In this document: positions 12,071-26,944 of the stretch, piece by piece | Layout of the letters: every line of letters begins with the position of its first letter | Numbering within the stretch: position 1 is the first letter of the stretch | Assembly (NCBI GenBank): GCA_951406725.2 | Contig: OX597820.1 | Location: 19,468,001-19,532,000 of the forward strand | Reading direction: 5' to 3' | DNA: 64,000 bases | DNA from: Octopus vulgaris | Taxonomy: Eukaryota | Position numbers and translations under genes: made by a program | Notes under the pieces: model-generated | Database searches by the model: none | The model's input: the letters and a program-made list of their open reading frames with translations, nothing else | Told to the model about the DNA's origin: nothing

Positions 12071-12290
12071 TTAACCCTTTCGTTACCAACCCAGCTGAAA
12101 CCGGCTCTGGCTCTTTGTCTTGTTTTCATAACTTTTGAATTAAAATGTTCCACCAAACCTTAGTCACAATTTATGTTCCTAACACTAGCTTAATGATAAC
12201 TAAGTTATTTTACTAAATTCTTTGTTACATTTAAAGTAATTGAAAGAAACACAGAGCATCTCAACAGAAATGCAGTCACTAAAGGGTTAA
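12071..12290. mobile_element. piggyBac-type MITE family P2
   Basis: TTAA-CCCTTT...AAAGGG-TTAA; near-identical copy at 61572-61774. Confidence 0.85.
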
Positions 12291-13510
12291 GTATGTAAGT
12301 CACTATGTAATATCCATGACTTTTGCTGGCCCTTTTAGACTGGTACAGCGGATGTCCACCAGCCCAAATATCTGCTGGTAAAATATAGGGGTACTGAGAA
12401 TATGGTAATGATGCAAACACCTGCAACTGCATGGACTTTGCTAAAGACCTCTCAGGATCAGGACCAGATGATGACAATGCTTGATCAAGCAGTGTGTTAG
12501 GTTTACCACCTAGTGCTGTTGTAGGTTGTGTTGAGGCCTTTTTTTTTTGGTTTTCTTCACAAACTGGAATGCACCAATATCCTCGATTGGAATCCTTACT
12601 CAACATGATGATCCACATGCTTAACTATTCTAGAAACATCTGTAAGAGACTCTGTATAACTATATTCTCTGTCTAAATTAAATGCTTTTATCATGTGATG
12701 CCAAACAGTTTGCCATTCCATTTTCCCTTCAATCTTTATCTACCTGCTCAAGGAAAAACAACTTATAGCCACTTCTGAATAGCTGTCACATCACACACAT
12801 TCGGTTGCAGTTCAAACCGGAGTTTTAGTGATAAACCAAACAGAGCACTCATAGTTCTTACCTATTATTACTTTAAGTCAATTGACGAATACTCCTTAAA
12901 TTGTATTTTAGTTTCCAGGTAGATTACCTTTCTTAGGAAACGGTCACTTACAATCTCATTTTTGTGTTTTATTTGCAAGATTCTTGACGTGAACTTGTGT
13001 GTTGAAATGTATTTTGTTGTATCTCAAGAAAGTTGCTCTGGTTCTATTTCACTTCTGTTGTTGTTATTCATCATATTCATCATCATCATCACCACCACCA
13101 CCACCAATCAATCATCATCAATCAATCATCATCAATCATCATTATTATTATTATTATTATTAGTCAACTTGTTATGTTTAACCAATTAACTAATTGATTG
13201 TTTGATTAATCGTTTAGTCCGTGAGTTGATCAGCTAGGTTTGTCAAAGTCCTTTCGTCACCCATTCATAACCTCATCAATAACCTGTCCCGACCCTCCCG
13301 AGATACAACAAATTCTGTGATAAATTTTGATTTGATTACATGTACTACGATACACACTCATATTATTTTCTTCCAACTGTTATGAACCAACCAAATTTAC
13401 TTGGCCTGCTGGAAATAGCAGTCAAATATCTATCAGTTCACACATTATCATTAAAAAAAGAAAGGACACATTAGTCAATTTAGACTGCAATAGTCATTGC
13501 TAGAATGTTG

Positions 13511-13840
13511 TGTCTTAGTCGCAGTGATGTTCTCATCTCAATTGTTGCTTTTCACTTGGTTTTGCCTATGTACTGTCCAGCCTTCTTCAGGCTGTGATTA
13601 CCATAGTGTCTTGCCTACATGCATAGCACAGTGGATAAAGGCACTGGTTGATGCAGTGGAGTCACCTAGAGATTTTGAGTTCAATCCTAGGCAGGGTGAA
13701 TAATAAGACACCTGAAGAAGGTTAGAACATACACAGCCATAATGTAGTGAGAAAGCAACAACCAAGGTAAGGAGAGGAGACTTCTCTGACTAAATACATA
13801 ATATAAAAATTCTTCATCTCAGAAATACAGAACTATATCG
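13511..13840 (+). mobile_element. tRNA-like Pol III head plus decayed hammerhead tail, with an inverted upstream copy of the tail
   Basis: A box TAGCACAGTGG 13624-13634 and B box GAGTTCAATCC 13677-13687; CAC-CTGAAGA-AGGT...AGCC-ATAA-T-GTA-GTG at 13709-13749; 13511-13591 is an imperfect reverse complement of 13711-13797. Confidence 0.6.
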
Positions 13841-14253
13841 CTAGAATGTCTTTGATCCTAGGTCTTGTACCAACCGTTTTTGAAATGCAATCTTAGATTC
13901 GTTACTCTACAAATTTAGCAATCTCCACTCCCTGTTTCAATATTGTCGCATCTCATATGCGAAGTCCCCGTGTTTAATCACATTGTTTTTCAACTACTTG
14001 TATTATAGTCTTTCTTTAGTTTTTTCCACAATTGTGATACATTCTGCCTCCACCACCACCACCACCTCAACACATACAGTTTTTTTTTTTTTTTTTTTTC
14101 CTTTTTTCACCTGCCATGTCATTTACAGCATTACAGGTTTGAACCAGTGTAACCACCTCACTTCTATTCAACGCCCTGGGTGTGTATATAGATATATAGG
14201 TGTATGGCTCTCACTTTCTCTATGCATGTATGTATATATATATATGTGTTTTT

Positions 14254-14295
<42 letters not shown>

Positions 14296-14360
14296 ATATA
14301 TATATATGTGTATATATATATATGTGTATATATATATATGTGTATATATATATGTGTATA

Positions 14361-14396
<36 letters not shown>

Positions 14397-15397
14397 CACA
14401 TATATATAAAAGTAGCTAATTAACCAACCAACCAACCAAAGGAAACTAGTCTATTATATCTTTTTTCCATATTCACAATAAAGATTTAATACATCCATTG
14501 TGTTTTCGAGAAACATTTTTTCCCTCTGAAAAAGTCACCATTGTTATTAGTAAGTTCTTAGTTCTTTAGTCTATCTTAAGCCATCACAGTCAAGGCCATG
14601 TAGGAGCACTGCCTTCAAAGACACCTCTATTTTTTTCTTTTTCTTTGTTTTTCTTTTTTTCTTTTCTCTTCTCTCTTCCTAGTAGTAAAGGATATTGCTT
14701 TCTCGATGACAACCTCTGCAAGTATGTAGTAGTACAAACCAATGTTTGTTTAATTTGTTTTCCAGTTTAGATACCGACAAAAAGACTGTAATAATACAGG
14801 TTATTTTTCTGTGTAGTCAAGTAACCAAACCCCTCTCTATTTAGCATGGGGGAACCTTTTTAAATTCTATAGAAAGAAATATGGCTTGCTTTTCAGAAAT
14901 TTACTCTTTTAATAAACCAACCAAGCTTAGAGTTGTGTGGTGACTCACTCTGAGTTATGCTGGGGAAATAGAATGTACGAAGCTAAAATAGATTTCATGG
15001 CATGGTTAAATTGAATTTTTTGCTGAAGAAATTTAAATAGTTCCAAATAATTTCAGAGATTGGCATTTATTTGTTGTTGGCATAACTTCGTAATGAACAG
15101 CCTTACGCATCTCTTTATCATTCTGATCAATAGTTTTGAAGTGATTTCTGTTTGTTAACTGTAAATATTATGCAAATTGACTACACGTTCACTCTCTCCT
15201 CTTTCCTACCACTTTATCTCCTCCCCCCCCCCACCAATAGAAATACCATCTCCTCGGCTTTGTGGACTTATCAATATTGAAAAGTTGAGTGCAGCTAGTT
15301 AAATGAAACATAGAGAGGAATGTTGTACATGATTCACTTTCCTTCATATCTGAATTCAAAATGCTTCTGCTTCAGTAAAATAAGTAGCAGTAATATA

Positions 15398-15611
15398 CAA
15401 GGGGATGCTGAAAAGTTCCTCACTTTAGGTAAAAGAAAATACAGAAATATCGGTTATGATTTTATTCAACATATTCCCCTTCTCAGATTCACACACTTAT
15501 TGCAGCAGTCCTTCAGTTTTTCTAAGCCCTGTAAAATAACTCAGAAAGTTGGGCCCCCAACCAGGCCTTTTGTGACACCCTTAAAACCAGGAACTTTTCA
15601 GCCCTACCTCG
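15398..15611. mobile_element. mariner-type MITE
   Basis: TA-CAAGGGGATGCTGAAAAGTTCCT ... AGGAACTTTTCAGCCCTACCTCG-TA. Confidence 0.8.
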
Positions 15612-17170
15612 TACTGATGTCAGTTCAATTACCTATTCTTCTCCTGCGCTCGTTAGTATTCTATTTAGTTAAAAGAAATTGGTAATAAATTATGTTCTTT
15701 TTCCTTATATAAGCATTGAATACAGTTTTGTAGTCTTTTTTTTTTTCTAAAACTTTGCTCCATATTTTCATTTGCGTGCAACATGTGTATAATTATATAA
15801 TAGTCAAATGAACATAAATACACCGTGGATTTGCTTGAAAGTACCTACATACGTACGCACATACATACATGCACACATGTACACACTCATGTATTTTTGT
15901 ATTCAAAAGCATAAGAATATAAGAATACCCAAATTACAGTATGTTGGAAGTAGTTGTTTATCTTATTTCGTATCTGCTTTCTAACCGACCTCGGTGCATG
16001 TCTGCAGGTGCATAATGCATTCATTGATTGCATCTGTTTGAGACTATTATCAAATTCAAAGCTGAGCTCTTACAGTTGATAGCAATGTCGTGTGTGTGTG
16101 TGTGAATGTGGATGATGAATGAATGAATGATTTTGATAGATTTCTTATTAATTTCGTTAAAGTATTAAAATCGAGAAAATCATAAGAAGACCATATCAAT
16201 TAATTAATTAATGAAGCAAAGAACTCTTCAAAAAGAGTTCTTCATTCTTATATCTATCATTTATTGATGTGTCCACTCTTGACCATGATACTAGATTTGT
16301 TTTGACTTTTTTTTTTTAAAGAATTTTATTTTTATTTTTTGCAAAAGTTAAGATTTTACAGGTCTAAAATACTTATAAATCTTAAACAAATGTTATTACA
16401 ATTGAATGTCTCCTAATGCTTAACCCCTCAGGAATTATGAGAGAGTCTTTGAGTTCTTGATTGACTTGATAAATTACCAACCCATGCTTTCCCTCCTGAT
16501 CCACAGTCTATATTCTCCCTTATAATTACCTTCTTGTACCTTAGTAGTATACTCTAGCACCATGTCACCACCATCTTTATCTCCCTATCAGCTACTCTCA
16601 CCCACTGTCGCATAATGCAGAATAGCCATGTATCTTCTCTAGGACAAGACATCTGTGTTTTGTCCTTGATTATACTTCAACACCTGGGAAGAGTTTTTCG
16701 TTTTCCTTGTTCTTTTCCACTCATGCAAGTTACTTGGTGACTCAATTACTGTTGGTGTCATGAAAAAAAGCACCCAGTACACTCTGTTAAATGGCTGGTT
16801 TGGGGAAAGGTACCCAGCTATAGAAACTATGCCGAAGCTTGACATTGGGGCCTAAGTCAGCTCTATGGCTCAATGGACCCAGTCAAACCATCCCAGCCCA
16901 TGTAGACATGGAAAACTTATGTTCAATGATGATGATAATGGTCTATCTATTTATTTCAGGTGACAAATTTATGCTTTCACAAGGCGAACCTCCCCTACCC
17001 CACCCTTTTTTTTTAATCCTTGGGAATATCAGTGCCTTGGAGACTAGATCAGGGTACCACAATACATTGACAGAACACATGACAACTGTTACAAATGACA
17101 ACAGATAAGGAAGATCATTGTTGATGCCTGTGAGATTTTTATTATAAGCACTATGGCATGTAAACAAATG

Positions 17171-17211
<41 letters not shown>

Positions 17212-18790
17212 TTATTTATTTATGTATATTTATATATTTATTTATTTCTATATATACTTATTTATTTCTATATTTATTTATGTATATTTCTATATATTAT
17301 TTATTTATTTCTATATATATTTATTTATTTCTATATATTATTTATATATATATATATGTATATATATATGTATGTATAAAATAAATATTAACTGCTAATT
17401 AACGCATAACAATTGATCAAACTTTAAATTAAGCACTTGCGTGGGTTATCCAATAATAGATTAATCTTAGGCAATTAAAAGGCAAGAAACCAACACAATT
17501 AAAATGCCGTGAAGTGTAGGTTGGGTTTTCAAGTGAGAAGTCTGTTATAACCATTGACATAGATATCTCCTGTTTGGAATTGCAAAGTTGGCTGTTTCAG
17601 GATCTCAAGAAATTAGAACCCAGCTACTTATGACGTATGCAGCATTATGCATTATATTATAACTCTATACTAACAAATGGTAGAATCTGCAGTTGTTTTC
17701 TGTGTTGTGCTGAGCTGCTTTAACCCTTATGATACCAGCCTCTCTGAGACTGTCCCTGGTTCTGTGATTCAAATTTCTTATTTTGAATTGATGTAAATTA
17801 GAACATGCTGCTAAGGTTTCATGTTGACCTATGTTCCAAGCGCTAGCTTAATAATAAAAGATATTTTGCCAAATTCTTTCTTAATTTCAAAATTCGTTGA
17901 AACAATGGTAGTGCCTTTTACTAGAAATGGAGCAATCAAAGCGTTGATATACACAGCAAGTATTGAAGTTACCAAGAGCCATGATCTTGAGGTTGGTCAT
18001 TCATTCGCGTTTACAGGATGTGTGGCGTTTTAGTCAGAAAACCAGCAACATTTTGATCCTTTTCATCCACATAATTTGGGATTCCCGAATGAATTAGTTG
18101 TTCTGGTTAGAGGATGATTTATTAGGCATTTTAGATAAATGGTAGGAATTTTTATTGCAGTGATTTCACACACACACACACCCACCTGTCAAATGTGATG
18201 CTTATTTTATTCACCTTCTTTTGAATTAATCCTGCATTGTCTCATCATTTTGAGATTTCGATGATGTGACTGTTTATTTTTAGAAAGACATTGTAGGATA
18301 TGTGTGAGAGGGTAGATCTGGCTAGTTTGAACATGAAACGGAATATTTTGGCTCGATATAGTTGATTTGAATGCTGAAGGGTTAAACCATAGAGTGCTAG
18401 TTTGTTGTTTCAGTCACTGAGCTTCAGCCATGCTGGGGCACACCCTTGAAGGGTTTTAGTCAAACACATTGTACATGCCCTACCATCACTCCCTGCCGGT
18501 ACTTGAGGCTTTTCTTTTTTAAAGTCTGGCACTTACCCTGTTGGTCTCTTTTGATGAACCACTAAGTTACAGGGATGTAAACAAAGCAACACTGGTTAAC
18601 AAACAATGGAGTGACAAACACATGAGCACAGGCACAAAGAAACCTGCACACTCACAAACACTCAAGCACAGGAAAGGATAGGGTGGATAAAATGGGTTTC
18701 TACAAGGTGCTGTGCAGTGGATCTGAACCCAAAAGCACACGGTTGGTTTTGAATTCAGTTCTTAACCACACAGCCATGCCTGTACCTATG

Positions 18791-19178
18791 CTTTACTCTT
18801 TTACTTGTTTCAGTCATTTGACTATGGCCATGCTGGAGCACCACCATTAGTCGAGCAAATCGACCCCAGGACTTATTCTTTGTAAGCCTAGTACTTATTC
18901 TATCGGTCTCTTTTGCTGAACCGCTAAGTTACGAGGATGCAAACACACCAGCATCGGTTGTCAAGCGGTGTTGGGGGGGGGCAAATACAGACACGCGCAC
19001 ACACACATACATATATACGACGGGCTTCTTTCAGTTTCCGTCTAATAAATCCACTCACAAGTCTTTGGTTGGCTCGAGGCTGTAGTAGAAGACACTTGTC
19101 CAAGGTGCCACGTAGTGGGACTGAACCCAGAACCATGAGGTTGGTGAGCAAGCTACTTACCACACAGCCACTCCTGCG
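18791..19178 (-). mobile_element. SINE family A, full length, abutting an older copy (~18400-18786)
   Basis: High similarity to 5704-6126. Confidence 0.9.
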
Positions 19179-19977
19179 TTTCTTAAGTATTTTTTAAAAT
19201 TGCTTTTTTTTTTTTATTTAATCTTTTACCATAAATAACTATTAGTTTTGTATTTTGGTTGTAACCATTTTGTTGTTGTTGTTGCTATTGATGTTGTTGA
19301 GAAGCACATGGATATCACATATTTTTATTTCCATAAGTGGTGCTCTTGATGTACTTGGGGGCAAGTATCGATTCTACTTTGCAGATTTTCACCTATAGTG
19401 GGGGGTTTTGGAAAGTAACACCCACGATAGTCAAGGGATTACTGTGAAATGAAAATCAAACAAAGTGTGTGTGTGCGTGTGCGTGTGTGTGTGTTTAATT
19501 GCCATCCCCTAAGTATAAGAATATTTATATTTTGCCTTAGAAGGAAAAACTGAGAGCATTGTGGCTACACATGATCTTTTAAATATGTGTTTAAAATATA
19601 TATATCTACCTGTTCCCTATTTACATATCTCCCTTTCTCTATATCCCTTGTGTAGTTATCAACACTTGGGTGTGTCCCTTTTTATTTATAGCTATGACTT
19701 GAGAACTGTACGGACTTGTGGATGTTTTAGCTAGAGAGGGTCAGGTGTTTTCACTATTCATTCTTTATGAGGGAATCAGGGAGTTAGAAACACTCTCCCC
19801 CAATTCTCTGAGGTCACCAAGAAACACATTATTTCAGGACCCATAAATTAATCCTTTTGATATCAACATCCATATGACTTGTTGGTGCTTCTGTGGCACA
19901 AAACCATTAATTCTTTAAAGAATCTTAAAGCATTCAAGCTTTCTAACACTTTTGTATCTTTATTTTTTTCTTCTATC

Positions 19978-20362
19978 TTTTACTTGCTTCAGTCCAAGCT
20001 GGGGCACCACTATCAAGACTTTTTTAGTGAAATGAATTGCCCCCAGTACTTTATTTTTTAAGTCTGGTATTTGTTCCATCGGTCTCTTTTGCCAAACCAT
20101 TAAGTTACGAGGACATAAACACATCAACAACAGTTGTCAAGCAGTGGAGGTGGGGAGTTGAACACCAAGACACATACACGTAGGTAGATATATATATATA
20201 TATGACAGGCTTCTTTCAGTTTCCATCTGCCAAATCCACTCACAAGGTTTGGTCAACCTGGGGCTATAGTAGAAGACACTTACCCAAGGTGCCATGCAGT
20301 GGGACTGAACCCAGAACCATATGGTTGGGGAGCAAGCTTCTTACCACATAGATATGCCTGCA
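19978..20362 (-). mobile_element. SINE family A (older)
   Basis: Same head, body and tail order as the other family A copies. Confidence 0.8.
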
Positions 20363-21869
20363 CTTATAAGAACTGTTTTTGAGAATTTTTTTCTTTTCTT
20401 TCTTTGCACAAGTTATTTTTACTTAACCCTTATAAATTCTTTATAATTTTTAAAATCAATTGAAACATGTCCAAGTTTGAGCTGCTACTTTTCTGCTTTG
20501 AGAGGTTATATGAGTAGAATGTCACAGCAAAGAATAATGAAAATTCTTCAAGAGAAGCCAACTTGGACAAAGGATGAGATGGGTAAGGTGGTAAGCTGGC
20601 AGAAACGTTAGCACCTGGTGTTACATTCTGAATTCAAATACTGCCAAGGCTGACTTTGCCTTTCATCCTTTTGGGGTCAATAAATTAAGTACCAGTTACA
20701 TACTGGGGTCGATGTAAATGACTTAATCCGTTTGTCCTTGTTTGTCCCCTCTGTGTTTGGCTCCTTGTGGGCAATAAAGAAATAAGAAATAACGATGAGT
20801 TGGTCACTTTTAGGAATCCAGACTGAAAGTGTAATGACAGTGGCTCCTGATAGGACCCTACAGAGGAAATAGTACTTAAGGACTCTATCCTCAAGACCCT
20901 TCCAGGAATAGTGGGTAGAAAAAATGGGTGGTTGGAATTGTAACGTGATGGGTGTATTTCATTCAAAATGTGATTAACAAAGGGTTAACAAATTGAAATG
21001 TAAGAGGCACCCATGAGAGGCACTTGTACAAGTGACATGCAAGAGGCACCCGTGCCAGTGACATGCAGAAAGCATCCAGTTTACTCTGTTAAGTGGATAG
21101 CATTAGGAAGGGCATCCAGATGTAGAAACCAAACCAAAACGGGCGGCTGGAGCCTGGTACCAACTTGAGTCAGATTATCTAATCCATGTGAGCATGGTGA
21201 AATGGACATTAAATGATGATAAGCTAGGATTAACCATGAAACACATTTTTATTTTTATTTTATTATTTTAAAAATTGGGTACATTTTAAAAAATCAAATG
21301 TGAATTCAGAGAAGCTACAGGTGTACACACGTTTTGCGCATTTGCGTGCGTTCTACATTTATAAGATATGGCCTTTGTGGTTTGATGAATTCCAAATCCT
21401 GCCAGAGTGAATTCTGGAAACGGGGGAAATAAATAATAAGTAGCAGTAATTTCCTATTTCAATTGCCGAAAACAAGAAATCCTTTTACGTAAAGGCAAAG
21501 CGGAAACAATGTGAAAGAGTTGTTGAAAACTGCCTAACACTGTTGTTTTATTGATTTCAAGCGGCCAATTGAAGCCACTTGACAAACTGCTCGCCTCAGT
21601 TTTCATGTTCAAGTGTTATTTAAACAGTTTCCTAAGTGTTAAACCAATTGTCCTTATAATTACTGCCACCACCAACACCACTGCAGAGGAGGAGGATTTT
21701 ACATTAGACAGGATCTTCAGTTTTTGTTTTGTTTATTTAACTTTCTCCCCGCAAAAACCAATCCACTTTGTGTGTTAAATTGTTGATACTTCTTGTCAAC
21801 AGTTTCTTTATGCTGCTCCTTTTTGTTTATTGCCCTTCTATTTCAGACAGTAGGGGTCATGTTTTATCT

Positions 21870-23750
21870 TGTCTCTTTTACCACTGGTTTCAGTCGTAGA
21901 GGTGTGAGTGACCATGCTGGGGCATCACTATGAACGGGTTTTAGTCAAACAAAAAGACCCCCAATACGTTTTTTTTCTCCTTTTTTGAAAGATTCTAGTA
22001 CTAATTCTGTTGCCCTCTTTTGCCAAACTGCTAAGTCAACGGGGGCCAATACTGATTGTAGAGTGATGGAGGGGGACAATCACAAAAACAAACACACATC
22101 TTTTATCTTTGCTCTTCTTACTTGTTTCAAGTCATTAGACTGTGGCCTTGCTGGGGCACTCATTACCTTGAAGAATTTTATGGCCTGGTACTTATTCTAT
22201 CAGTCTTTTTTGCCAAACTGCTAAGTTTCAGGGATGTAAACAAACCAGCACCAGTTGTCAAGCAGTAGTGGGAGACAAATGCAGACACACACACACACAA
22301 CAGGCTTCTTTCAGTTTCCCTCTACTAAATCCACTCACAAGTCTTTGGTCAGCCTAAGGTTATAGAAGAAGACATTTTCCCAGGGTGCCATGCTGTGGGA
22401 CTGAACCTGGAACCATGTGGTTGGGAAGCAAGCTATATATATATATATATATTATTCTATTCTTTTACTTGTTTCAGTCATTTGACTTTTGCCATGCTGG
22501 AGCACCACCTTAACAGTTTTTTTTTAGTTGAATATATAAGGGACAATTACAATGAAGATGGAGATTAGTTAATCTGCATACTTTGTTGTTTTTTTTTTTC
22601 TACAATTGGTTATTCAGCATATTACCACTTGATATGGGTTAGCCATAACCTGGGTTATAACTGAGTGCTTGAACAGTACCCACCTGGATACTTTATCCAT
22701 ATATATATATACACACACACATACACACATATTCTTTTTTCTTTGCTTGTCGTTAGACTGCAGCCATGCTGGAGCACTGCCTTTTAGTCAAAGAAATCGA
22801 CTCCAGGGCTTATTCTTTGTAAGCCTGATACTTATTTTACCGGTCTCTTTTGACAAACTGCTAAGTTACGGGCACATAGACATACCAACATCGGTTGTCA
22901 AGCGATGGTGGGGTGGAACAGACACAAAGACACACACATAAATATATACATACATACATACATCCATACACACACACATAAATATATACATACATACATC
23001 CATACACAAAGACACACAAAGAGGACAGACTTCTTTCAGTTTCCGTCTACCAAATCCACTCACAAGGGTTTGGCTGGTCCGAGGCTATAGTAGAAGATAC
23101 TTGCCCATGCAGTGAGACTGAACCTGGAACCATGTGGTTGGGAATCACAGCCATGTGTGCACCTATATATATATAAATGTATACTGTGTGGTAAGTAGCT
23201 TGTTTATCAACCACATGGTTCCGGGTTCAGTCCCACTGCGTGGCACCTTCGGCAAGTGTCTTCTACTATCGCCTCGGGCCGACCAAAGCCTTGTGAGTGG
23301 ATTTGGTAGATGGAAACTGAAAGAAGCCCGTCGTATATATGTACATATATATATATATGTGTGTGTGTGTTTGTGTATCTGTGTTTGTCCCCCTAGCATT
23401 GCTTGACAACCGATGCTGGTGTGTTTACGTCCCCGTCACTTAGCGGTTCGGCAAAAGAGACCGATAGAATAAGTACTGGGCTTACAAAGAATAAGTCCCG
23501 GGGTCGATTTGCTCGACTAAAGGCGGTGCTCCAGTATGGTCGCAGTCAAATGACTGAAACAAGTAAAAGAGTATATATATATATGTGCATACAGATTATA
23601 CACACAATATATGACGGGCTTCCACCCACAAGGCATTGGTCAGCCTGGGGTTATATAGTACAAGGGTCTTTGCCCAACATGCTGCCCAATAGAACTGAAC
23701 CTGAAACCACACAGCTGCAAAGCAAGCGTCTTAACCACACAGCCATTGCC
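21870..23750. mobile_element. Cluster of family A SINEs: minus copies ~22116-22432 and ~22737-23163, young plus copy 23184-23572, fragments
   Basis: Repeated GGGACTGAACC...CCATGTGGTTGG heads and TTACTTGTTTCAGTCATT tails. Confidence 0.85.
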
Positions 23751-23857
23751 TGTACCTATTTAGTATTGTTTCAGATTACTCCATTTCATCCTGACCCTAT
23801 CCAACTTTTTAAAATAACCTAATTTATTCACACAAACCAGTTCATTTCAAAGTATGT

Positions 23858-24740
<883 letters not shown>

Positions 24741-25531
24741 CTTAAACATTTATCTCCCCTTTGTTGTTGTATCAGTGTAGTTGTGAAATTATAAAGGTTC
24801 CTCCCAGCAGCCTCAAATTGTACTGTGTATGTGCATTGTGTTATCTTCATCCTCAGCTTTACATCCAGATCTCTCTCTCTCCTCCATCCTCCCACACTCT
24901 CTCTCTCTCTCTCCCCTATCCACCTCTCCTTACTTATCTCATGGAAATGTTCATGCTGCTGATATTATTTCTCTGGCAAATTGCTGTATACCTCTTTGTG
25001 CTATTATGGATTGTATAAAAAAAAAAAAAAATTTTTTTTAAAAACTAAATAAAAAAAAACTATGTAAAATATCTGGAAACTCAAAGACATGCAAACGCAT
25101 TCTCTCCTTCCCTCTCTGTCTCTTTCTCTCTCCCTCTTTGTCTGTTTATGCCTGTCTATCTATCTATCTATGCCTATCTATTGATTAATCTGACTCTTGT
25201 CTGTCTATTCTGCTCTCAATGCATACGTATAGGTGCAAGTGTGGTTCTGTGGTAAGAAGTTTGTTTCTGAGTCACATGGTTCCAGGTTCTGTCCCACTGC
25301 GCAGCACCTTGGACAAGTGTTTTCTACAGTAACCCTTGTGAGTGGATTTAGTAGACTTAAACTGAAAGAAGCCCATTGTGTGTGTGTGTATATAGCCGAA
25401 ATTGCGAGGATGATCCGGTTCTTGACTGAAGATTGAAGGCTTCGAATGTCCCATCCGTGTTTTTTGTATCGTCTTCTAAATGTTTTGCGTTCTTGTCCCA
25501 GTTTGTATTTTTTTTACATATATATATATAT

Positions 25532-25930
25532 ATCATCATCATCATCATCATCGTTTAACGTCCGCTTTCCGCGCTAGCACGGGTTGGACGGTTTGACCGG
25601 GTCTGGGAAGCCAGGGGCCGCACCAGGCTCCAGTCTGAATCTGGCAGAGTTTCTACGGCTGGATGCCCTTCCTAACGCCAACCACTCCGTGAGTGGATTG
25701 GGTGCTTTTTACGTGCCACCTGCACAGGGGCCGGAGGGTCCGGCATCGTCACGATCGGTTCGAGCATTTTAACGTGTCAGCGGCACGGGGGCAACGAGGT
25801 CCAGGGTACTTTGGGGATCGGGGTACTTTGGGGATCCAGGGTACTTTGGGGATCCGGGGTACTTAGAATGGGTAGGGGGTATGTGGAATTGCTGCAGAAA
25901 GCAGCCCGGGTCTTTGTAGTCACAGCATTT
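25532..25930 (-). mobile_element. Young family C retroposon with an internal GGGTACTTTGGGGATC tandem repeat
   Basis: (CAT)n tail, CpG-rich body, 3-4 units of an 18-20-bp repeat at ~25800-25865. Confidence 0.8.
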
Positions 25931-26204
25931 ATCGTCACTGAGTAACGTAATTAGGTAGAGGAAAGAAATACAGATATTCTAGAGTTGAGTTGGGGAGGGG
26001 GGTCCAGTTGAGGCGGGTAATATAGGGGAGCAACCAGTGGGGTAGGTTGGGGTAAGGAGGAACGATGGCAGGAAGGGTTGGTGTAGGTTCCTAAGAAATA
26101 AAAACGTAGGATATTACGAGGCAGGAGGGTACTAAAATATATATATATATATATATATTTGTTTTGCAAGATTTTTGATGTGAAATCGTGTGTTGAAACA
26201 GATA

Positions 26205-26449
26205 TTGTATTTAGGAATGGTCATTTTGCCAGTTTAGCCAAAAAAAAAACAAAACACGCGCACTATATATTTGGTGTTACTTTGCTTCAGCGTTATATAT
26301 TTTTTACATTAATCTTAATCTTAATCTGGCCGAAATAAGATTAAGATTAATATAAAAAATATATAACACTGAAGCAAAGTAACACCAGATATATAGTGCG
26401 TGTGTTTTTTTATTGGCTAAACTGGCAAAATGACCATTCCTAAATACAA
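26205..26449. repeat. Near-perfect fold-back with ~115-nt arms and a 12-nt loop
   Basis: TTGTATTTAGGAATGGTCATTTTGCCAGTTTAGCCAA... versus ...TTGGCTAAACTGGCAAAATGACCATTCCTAAATACAA. Confidence 0.9.
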
Positions 26450-26944
26450 CAATATATATATATATCTATCTCTGTATGTGTATCGTGGTGTCGGTTTGTT
26501 TACATCCCTGTAATTTAGCTGTTCAGCATAAGAAACCAGTAAAATATGTACCAGGCTTCAAAAAATAGGCACTGGGGTCAATTCATTCAATTGAAACCCT
26601 TCGGGGCAGCATCCCTGCTTGGCTGCAGTCCAATGGGGTGACAAACACAGGCACAAATACACACATGCATAAACATATATATATATGATGGGCTTCTTTC
26701 AGTTTCCACCTATTAAATTCACGTACGAGGCTTTGGTTGGCCCGAGGCTATAGTAGACACTTGACCATGTGGTCTGGAAAACAAGCTTCTGACCACACTT
26801 CCACACCTGCAATATCATCATCATCATCATTTAACATCCATCTCCCATTCTGGCATGAGTTGGATGGTTTGGAGGTGGTGATCTTGTGTCGGATGCTTGA
26901 GAGATTAGTGTGACAGAAGCAGAAACAAATGTCTTGCTTTAGAG

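Noticed and set aside
12205-12618. 137-aa minus-strand ORF with complex composition
   Set aside because: No recognisable domain, crosses an A-run and ends inside a MITE; a BLASTX search would be needed to rescue it.
25394-25515. (TA)n-embedded fragment with GCCGAAA and CTGAAGA...GAATGTC
   Set aside because: Probably a repeat fragment, but the motifs cannot be assembled into a valid hammerhead.
25800-25865. Regularly spaced direct repeats
   Set aside because: Contiguous tandem units inside a retroposon with no spacers or cas genes; not CRISPR.
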